A DNA stretch of 64,000 nt. Source: Turneriella sp. (lineage in GTDB: Bacteria > Spirochaetota > Leptospiria > Turneriellales > Turneriellaceae). Both the position numbers and the translations under genes were made by a program. The stretch is taken from contig CBDIID010000003.1 in the NCBI GenBank assembly GCA_965279515.1, positions 2,304,001 through 2,368,000 of the forward strand. The letters run 5' to 3'. Below the pieces are notes generated by a model that saw nothing but the letters and a program-made list of their open reading frames with translations, made no database searches and was not told the DNA's origin. This document shows, piece after piece, positions 57,544-64,000 of the stretch (positions are counted from its first letter, which is position 1; each line of letters starts with the position of its first letter).

Positions 57544-60500
57544 TTACGGATAGTTCGCTTCGGAGTACCCGCCTGGGAAAAGTAAACTGCCGGTACCTTT
57601 GCGGCCGGATCCTGTACTGGAATTACAGCTCGAGGTAGTCCCGCCGCCGCCTGCACCTGGTGCCACGTCAGGGGTGATATTGCAGTTATAACGCACCGGT
57701 GGCGCATTGAGCGGAACTTTGCAATAATCGTAATTCTTGTTATTGCGCCATTTTGTTCCCACTGCGTCAGAGCACGCTTCGTCGGTTTTTGTCGAAAGAT
57801 CGGAACAATATGTGCCCCACTGCTCGACAGAACCGGCAGGTTTCAGGCATGAATTTTCGTTATTATCCGTGCTGTTTCCGGATGGGTGTGCACAGGTGCC
57901 CTGCGTACCCGGCCCGCCAATAGCAGGGCTCTGCGTCGCGACACCGTACTGGTTCGTGGCAATGTTCGGCGGAAAACCAAACTCACCCGTACCTAAACCC
58001 AACATCCACGAGAGAATGCCCGTCGCAGTACCGTTTATGATATCCCAAACACCTTGAATTCCCGGGCTCGCGGTATTGCCTAAGACGCTCAGGCCATTCC
58101 AGACGATACCGTCTGTGTCATGGTATTCGACAACCGGCCATACTTCCGCACCTGTTTCTTCCGCCAAATAAGCCAAACACGCCTCGGTGCTCCGGGCTGA
58201 GGCAGTACCCCACCAAGGTGCCTGGTAACGGTGCCGGTACGTGCCGGCCCCAAACTGGGTATCTGTCAGATCGACCCAATCGGTTTTGCTGAAATTATGC
58301 ATTGTTCCATCCGAGCTGGGTTGTGGCGCGGTGTCGTAGTCTTCGGGTAATTGTTGCGGGTTCGTCAAGGAACCAACACTATTGCTCGGCACGCCGAAAC
58401 CGCAAACCATCGCCGCAATGGCCGTGCGCCAGCCAAACTTCACAATCAAACCCTCGAGCGCCTTGCCTGTGCCTGTGTTCAGCAACTCACCCAATCGGTT
58501 AGGTCCGATCCCGGTGAAATAGTGACAAGTGCCGGTGCGCTGGTATTTGCTGCGTACCGTGCCCTGGCTAAATGCCGTGCCCGCATCAGGTATGCCCGTA
58601 CCTTTATGGATAAGGCCCACAAACGCTTCTACGGCGAGATCCTCATCGGGTTCAAGGTTATTCACAAGATATGTGAGCGAGCGGTACACCGCATTGATAT
58701 GCGTTGTATTTACGAGTGCCTTTGTGACATCACCCGGTTGGTTATTCACGATGCCGATCACCGAGTTAATCCGCCGTGTGGCGTTGACCATGCGGATGGT
58801 CTTCTGCGGATTTGTAACTCCACCAACGATGATGGCCAGAGGCGAAGCGTCGTTGATTCCCAACATCAGATTCGATAAACGGTGCCTGCGATCGTAGTTA
58901 TATGAGATGTCTGATTTATTGTAAGCAAAGCTGACGTCAGCATCACAGGTATAATACTGAGCGGCGTTATTCCACGTCGAGCCTGCAGCAACACAATCCT
59001 GTTGGTTGGTGTGTGTCGCAACAGTACAGTTCGCGCCCGAGGTGACGGTAGAATCGTAATCGGCGCGCAGACCGCAATATTGTACGTCGTTGACGACGGT
59101 CTTCATGTTCATCTGCTCTGCGATCGTACGCGGCTGGCCCAGTGTCTGGTTCCACGCTAACTGGTTGATAGTATCCCAGATAATGGAAATGTCGCCAACG
59201 TTTTTCGTACCAGTGCCCTTTTTCGTCGATGCGCCGACATTGTTCAACAGGGTAAGCATTTTACCGTAGTGAATGCCGCCCGACATATTCCCTTCGGTCC
59301 ACACAGCGCCGCCAGCCGTGCATGTCGAATAGGTTTGGTAAGTCACATTCGTACACGACCCTGCACCATTAATGACGGCGATGAGTAGGTCGATGTTGGT
59401 TACACCGTTTAGGAGATCGCTCATATAGTTGATGCGGCCGATGGCATTCACGAAACCATAGCCAGTGCCGTCGGTGCGTGTTCCATAAGAGAAAGTCGGG
59501 GTAGAGGAGGAAATAAAGTTCAGGTTCGCCACTCGATTCACGACTGCGATCACGTTCGAAATTGCGTCTGTCTGGTTGATGAGAACAATAAGGCGCCCGA
59601 GGGCATCCGTGGTATTCGTATCGCAACCTGGGTCTGTACACCCTGACCCCGAAGGTGCGGTTCCGTACAGGGCGCCAGCATATGATCCTATCGCGCCGGT
59701 GCCATACGTTAGGTTACCCTGAATATCGACGAGTGTATCAATACGCGTGATGTTGGTGTTCGGATCATTCAGCAGCAAAATCATTAAATCCACGCTCGTC
59801 ATTTCGGAGAGCAGCCGCGACAGGTACTTAATGCGGTTCACGTTTCTGAGCAGGTAGCTCACCCGGGTGATCATATAGTTCAGATTCACTTCGTTGACCA
59901 TGCGAGCGGTATTGAGGCCGGCGTTGCCACCCGTCATCGCCTTGATAAACGTCGTCAACCGACCGAAATCTTCGAGCGTGCTGTTCGAAAGTTCGTTAGT
60001 ATACGGTGATCCGCTATTCATTGTCCGCATATCATAGAGCACATCTACCATACGCTGAACACCTGTCGCTCCTGTAGGGTAAGAGCCATTCGTTCCGGGA
60101 CCGGTAGTCGGGTTCAGGTTACTGACGATTTCCGCAACGGTATTCGATCCCGCGGCAGTGGTCGCAATATCGTTCACCAGACGAACCAGGTGATTCGCTA
60201 TACAAAAATCCGTCGCGGTGCCGGTCGAGCAGGTTGCGCCATTGGCAAGCTTCACTGCGTTGACGCGGTTAAAGAATTGTGCCAACTTTGCGCCGCCGCC
60301 GGGATTTGGAGAGTTAAAGAACGTTTCATCGCCCGCCAAAGCAGTATGAGTACCCGAGTTTGCTGCGGTTGTATTCACAAGGGACGAGCAAGTCAAATCG
60401 TTGCTCAGGCGGAACGTATTGACCGTAAGCGGACAGACATAGTAGACTTGCCCTGAGTTAATGCCGCTCGGTAGCTTTATCGTAGACGTAAAGGAAATGC

Positions 60501-62985
60501 GGGCATTTTGAATTAAGCCGTGGGCCGCCCAGGTAACAACGGCCGGCGAGGCTACGGAAATTGTCACAGTTGACGACGTCGTATCATACACGTTCGCCGT
60601 TAATTTGAGTTTATTCAGAATTTCCGCGACGCGGATAGTATTAGTAACCCCGTTTAATAGCGCTGCAACATCGCCAACCGGCGCCCCGGCCGGTGAATCC
60701 GCGAGAACACGCAACATATTGCTTGTCCCGGCGGGATTCAGGGTTTTCAGGATATCAGCCGTGCGCACGCCCGCAGCCCCCGTCAAACCATTGATGAGAT
60801 CGGGTACATTAGACGGCGTCTGTACGAAATCCATCATTGCTACAAGTTGATCTGTCGATGCCTGGCTATTCATGTTATTCAGAATGTCATACATGATCTG
60901 CAGATTGGAGATCGTATTCACAGTTGTGGCGAGCCGCGGCACGGTCGCAATGCTGGCCGGGTACTCGACACGATTCACTGTGTGTATGAGTGTATCAAGG
61001 CCGTTGTCCCAGGTGGGAGTACAGGTGATCGGGGAGGCTGCCCAGCAACCGGCCGGGGTCGTAGTTGCCGTTGCATTACTCAGAATATCCGCAACGTTGG
61101 TAATGCTCGAAGCAATGTACAGATTGTTCATCATGATATAGGTTTTTTCGGCAGCGGTGCGTGCTGCTCCTTTATCTCCCGGTAATGTAACCGTATCGAG
61201 ATAGAAAACACCTGTACTATTTAATGCACGTTGTACATCCCAGCGTAACCGACGTACCCCGGTTGCCAGCGCCTGGGTGCGCAAGGTAAAAGATCCCGAG
61301 ACACCTGTAAAGGTTTGCACCTGCACATCATCAACATAGAAGCGCACCGTATCGTAAGCGCCCAAAGCTTCACGCGTATAAAATGTCATGTTGCCGGCCG
61401 TCGTGATGTTTGCTATCATTTCGGCCGATTGTGTTTGAGTAAAGACTGTCGCAGCGGTGCCGTCGTTGCGTAGGGAGCAGGCACCGCTATGCACTGTTGT
61501 ACCACCCGAGCGCCAGCTTTTGCCCCACCACGGCGTACCTGCAGTGGTTTGATTGTTTGAGAAAGCCCAATTCATACGGTTATCGAATTCACCGTTAACA
61601 CAGCCCGTGCCTATGTTGGTATCAAAAGTAGAATCATTTGTGAAAACACCGGTCGTATCCAGATTATTCACCATATAGGCGAGGCGTAACGTGCCATTTG
61701 TGCCAAAGGAATCGGCATCGGTACCTATGTAGAGCTTGTTGATGGTTGCAACCATCGAGTCGACGCCGTCAAAAACGTTACCGCCATCACCCGGATATGC
61801 CGTCGGCAAACCGAGCCCAACGGGTAAGGCCACGGTAGGCCATGGCGGTCTTTTGCCGTCGTTTGTCAGGCCGTTCACGATCGTGTACATGTTAGGCACG
61901 TTCGAAATATTATTTACAATAACTGGTATTTTGGAGGCTTTTGTTCTCCATGTTGCAGACGCAGCCAAACACGCGCTGCCATTGGTATGGGCGGGATTCG
62001 AACAAACCCGGTCGAGTTCGTTGATCATGCGTGACATATTTTCAATACCGTCGGCGGTCCAGGTTGCGCCGCCAGCCACGCAGGATGTCCGCGTTTCATA
62101 GATAGGATTCGAGCAATTTGAATTCGACCACACACCCGGGTTTAACGGGCGCAGCGATGCATCGAAAGGCGCTTCGCACGCTGCTTTAGTGAGGTGCCAA
62201 GGACGCGAGCAATAGACATTTCCGGAAAGACCTGCCATAACTGCGGTGATGTTTGAGAGACTGGTCGTACCGTTGATGATAACCGCGATATCCCGCAAAT
62301 CTTTGGAACTGTTCACAAGCCGAATCAACTTTGCGGTTCCGGCCGCAGAAAAAACTCCACTCGGAGCGGCCAGATCGTTGATGAGTGTCGGCATTACACT
62401 TAACGCTTCATTCAACAGCGAAATCAGTAACGCAAGACGCGCTACATTATTGTTATAGGTGACCCCGTTGGGATCGCTGAAAGAAGGCGAAGCTGCTGTC
62501 GTATCGGTAACACCATGGACAATGTTTTTAACCCCTTCCATGCCAGCATTTGTCACCTGGTTGATCATGTTAGTCATTTTCGCAATGGTATCTGTTCCCC
62601 ACGAACCGGGCTGCTGGCAGGCATCATCCAGCTTATTAAGAAGATCCAGCACTTCAATGGCTGTCAGCTTAACGGAGTTAGGCCCATTGGACATGAGAGC
62701 TGTTAGTTTTCCCGTACCGCTGATGCCATTAATCAGCTGCGTCATATTTGAAACGCCAATACCGTATGTGAGGAGATTCAGGTTATCTTGTCCGATTCCC
62801 GCTACCAGAGCATCGTAGCGGTCGGCACCTAAGGCAGCACGCATTTGGTCTGACGTGTAGGTCTGCCCTGATTCGGCCTCTTTATTTTTGGCAAACTGAG
62901 TCTGCGTCCGCTTTGGCGCGCAGGTTGCCGTAAAGGCAACAAGCCCGATTCCAATCAGTATTTTCCAACTTTTTGCGCTCTTCAT
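57544..62985 (-). CDS. Giant (1813 aa) surface lipoprotein with Cys-Trp repeats
   Basis: RBS GAGGG; signal ending AFTATC; Asn/Thr/Gly-rich; repeated C-x10-C-x6-W modules. Confidence 0.85.
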   Translation of the reverse strand: MKSAKSWKILIGIGLVAFTATCAPKRTQTQFAKNKEAESGQTYTSDQMRAALGADRYDALVAGIGQDNLNLLTYGIGVSNMTQLINGISGTGKLTALMSNGPNSVKLTAIEVLDLLNKLDDACQQPGSWGTDTIAKMTNMINQVTNAGMEGVKNIVHGVTDTTAASPSFSDPNGVTYNNNVARLALLISLLNEALSVMPTLINDLAAPSGVFSAAGTAKLIRLVNSSKDLRDIAVIINGTTSLSNITAVMAGLSGNVYCSRPWHLTKAACEAPFDASLRPLNPGVWSNSNCSNPIYETRTSCVAGGATWTADGIENMSRMINELDRVCSNPAHTNGSACLAASATWRTKASKIPVIVNNISNVPNMYTIVNGLTNDGKRPPWPTVALPVGLGLPTAYPGDGGNVFDGVDSMVATINKLYIGTDADSFGTNGTLRLAYMVNNLDTTGVFTNDSTFDTNIGTGCVNGEFDNRMNWAFSNNQTTAGTPWWGKSWRSGGTTVHSGACSLRNDGTAATVFTQTQSAEMIANITTAGNMTFYTREALGAYDTVRFYVDDVQVQTFTGVSGSFTLRTQALATGVRRLRWDVQRALNSTGVFYLDTVTLPGDKGAARTAAEKTYIMMNNLYIASSITNVADILSNATATTTPAGCWAASPITCTPTWDNGLDTLIHTVNRVEYPASIATVPRLATTVNTISNLQIMYDILNNMNSQASTDQLVAMMDFVQTPSNVPDLINGLTGAAGVRTADILKTLNPAGTSNMLRVLADSPAGAPVGDVAALLNGVTNTIRVAEILNKLKLTANVYDTTSSTVTISVASPAVVTWAAHGLIQNARISFTSTIKLPSGINSGQVYYVCPLTVNTFRLSNDLTCSSLVNTTAANSGTHTALAGDETFFNSPNPGGGAKLAQFFNRVNAVKLANGATCSTGTATDFCIANHLVRLVNDIATTAAGSNTVAEIVSNLNPTTGPGTNGSYPTGATGVQRMVDVLYDMRTMNSGSPYTNELSNSTLEDFGRLTTFIKAMTGGNAGLNTARMVNEVNLNYMITRVSYLLRNVNRIKYLSRLLSEMTSVDLMILLLNDPNTNITRIDTLVDIQGNLTYGTGAIGSYAGALYGTAPSGSGCTDPGCDTNTTDALGRLIVLINQTDAISNVIAVVNRVANLNFISSSTPTFSYGTRTDGTGYGFVNAIGRINYMSDLLNGVTNIDLLIAVINGAGSCTNVTYQTYSTCTAGGAVWTEGNMSGGIHYGKMLTLLNNVGASTKKGTGTKNVGDISIIWDTINQLAWNQTLGQPRTIAEQMNMKTVVNDVQYCGLRADYDSTVTSGANCTVATHTNQQDCVAAGSTWNNAAQYYTCDADVSFAYNKSDISYNYDRRHRLSNLMLGINDASPLAIIVGGVTNPQKTIRMVNATRRINSVIGIVNNQPGDVTKALVNTTHINAVYRSLTYLVNNLEPDEDLAVEAFVGLIHKGTGIPDAGTAFSQGTVRSKYQRTGTCHYFTGIGPNRLGELLNTGTGKALEGLIVKFGWRTAIAAMVCGFGVPSNSVGSLTNPQQLPEDYDTAPQPSSDGTMHNFSKTDWVDLTDTQFGAGTYRHRYQAPWWGTASARSTEACLAYLAEETGAEVWPVVEYHDTDGIVWNGLSVLGNTASPGIQGVWDIINGTATGILSWMLGLGTGEFGFPPNIATNQYGVATQSPAIGGPGTQGTCAHPSGNSTDNNENSCLKPAGSVEQWGTYCSDLSTKTDEACSDAVGTKWRNNKNYDYCKVPLNAPPVRYNCNITPDVAPGAGGGGTTSSCNSSTGSGRKGTGSLLFPGGYSEANYP

Positions 62986-63133
62986 GTTCCCTCTGTCTAT
63001 TAGACGAACATCAGGGCGGATTTACTCCGCATTGATGCCAATCCATCATGATAATATGTTCACTATCGTAGTTTCGGGGCCAAAAAACCCGAAAAGGTGA
63101 ACAAGTGTTTTGTGCGGTGCGATAAATGGAGAA

Positions 63134-63150
63134 ATGTGATTATGTCACAT
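63134..63150. promoter_or_regulatory. Inverted repeat in divergent promoter
   Basis: ATGTGA-TTATG-TCACAT. Confidence 0.45.
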
Positions 63151-63211
63151 CTTTTAACGGATGCCAGCCTTGTTTTGCTTGACGCAGTCATCAAAATCAG
63201 CTGGATAAAGC

Positions 63212-64000
63212 ATGGCCTTGGCCGATATCCGAAATATTGACGCGCAAGAGATGAAGCGCCGCTTGCTGCAGGTGCGCGAGATGGCGATCGGCATTGCCTC
63301 GCGCATCCGCTACAGCCGTACCTGGTGGTACTCCGGCGCCGCCGTCATTCTCGGCCTGTCCCTTGCGCGCGTCGGGCACTCCGTCGTGCTCTACGCAATC
63401 AGCAAATCGACACCGCTACCGCCACCACGCGCCGCGGCACAGCAGACCAACAGCAGCGACCAGATCTTTTCAGACCCGACGATTACCGTCGGCGGTGCGC
63501 TTTTTCAAAAAGCCGGAGAAACCCCGGTGGCTGGCGCGGCGGCCGTTGTCGAGCAACCCGCGAAGCCGTTCAAGCTGACGGCGACACTCGAAGGCCCGCC
63601 CGATGTCGCACGCGCACTGATCGAGACGCAGGGTGAAAGCATCCGTGAATATTGCGCGGCGTCTGCCGGCTGCCGCAAGAAAGAAAAAGAATGCGAGTGC
63701 TCGGTGCAGAATGCCACCATCATTTCGATTGCGCAGGAACACATCTGGATCAAGATGAACCAGAGCAGATATAAACTGAAAATCGGGCAATCCACCACCG
63801 ACCTCGCGGCGCAGGCTGCTGCGGCCCCTGCCGCGGCGGGAGTACCTGCAGTCGCAACGGGTGGCAACCAGGTTATTTCAAAAGTGATTTCGCGCGAAGA
63901 GGTGAACAAGAATATTCTCGGTAACCCCGCGAAGATTTACGAGGGTGCGCAGTTCGGCCCGCATCTTGTGAACGGAAAAATCGAAGGTTATAAGATCGCG
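63212..64000 (+). CDS. gspC: Type II secretion protein C (runs off window)
   Basis: Manual translation: TM helix, PFKLTATLEG..ARALIE, ISREEVNK..GAQFGPHLVNGKIEGYKI (start of PDZ-like domain). Confidence 0.7.
   Translation, partial: MALADIRNIDAQEMKRRLLQVREMAIGIASRIRYSRTWWYSGAAVILGLSLARVGHSVVLYAISKSTPLPPPRAAAQQTNSSDQIFSDPTITVGGALFQKAGETPVAGAAAVVEQPAKPFKLTATLEGPPDVARALIETQGESIREYCAASAGCRKKEKECECSVQNATIISIAQEHIWIKMNQSRYKLKIGQSTTDLAAQAAAAPAAAGVPAVATGGNQVISKVISREEVNKNILGNPAKIYEGAQFGPHLVNGKIEGYKIA

Noticed and set aside
46358..63000. Integrative element or prophage at tRNA-Cys/Leu
   Set aside because: No integrase, transposase or duplicated tRNA 3' end seen, and the cluster lies on the tRNA 5' side
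63135..63149. CRP/FNR-type site
   Set aside because: Spacer between TGTGA and TCACA is 5 bp rather than 6; kept only as an unnamed palindrome

Overview
Bacterial chromosomal window of moderately high GC. Spirochaete-style lipoprotein signals, HAMP-SpoIIE and FecR proteins and fatty-acid genes suggest Leptospiraceae, possibly Turneriella-like; this is an inference, not a database result. Housekeeping genes are ftsW, prfA, prfB (no frameshift), rdgB, RNase Z, rlmN, leuB, tatD and a partial gspC. There are three tRNAs without encoded CCA: Arg-CCT, Leu-TAA and Cys-GCA. Accessory modules are a TonB receptor/binding-protein/PP2C signalling operon, a CHAT protease, an ATP-grasp ligase plus zinc-peptidase pair, two type II TA modules, a lipid-modification locus (fungal sphingolipid C9-methyltransferase-like gene opposite a desaturase), and three families of palindromic mini-repeats. 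The best candidate for an undescribed system is the ~16 kb tRNA-adjacent cluster at 46.8-63 kb. It holds an 1813-aa Cys-repeat lipoprotein, two N-terminally extended UbiA prenyltransferase paralogs, an LMF1-family protein, a membrane spermidine-synthase-like protein, a lipoprotein methyltransferase and a heme c/FG-GAP lipoprotein. All calls rest on motif recognition by eye; no searches were run.
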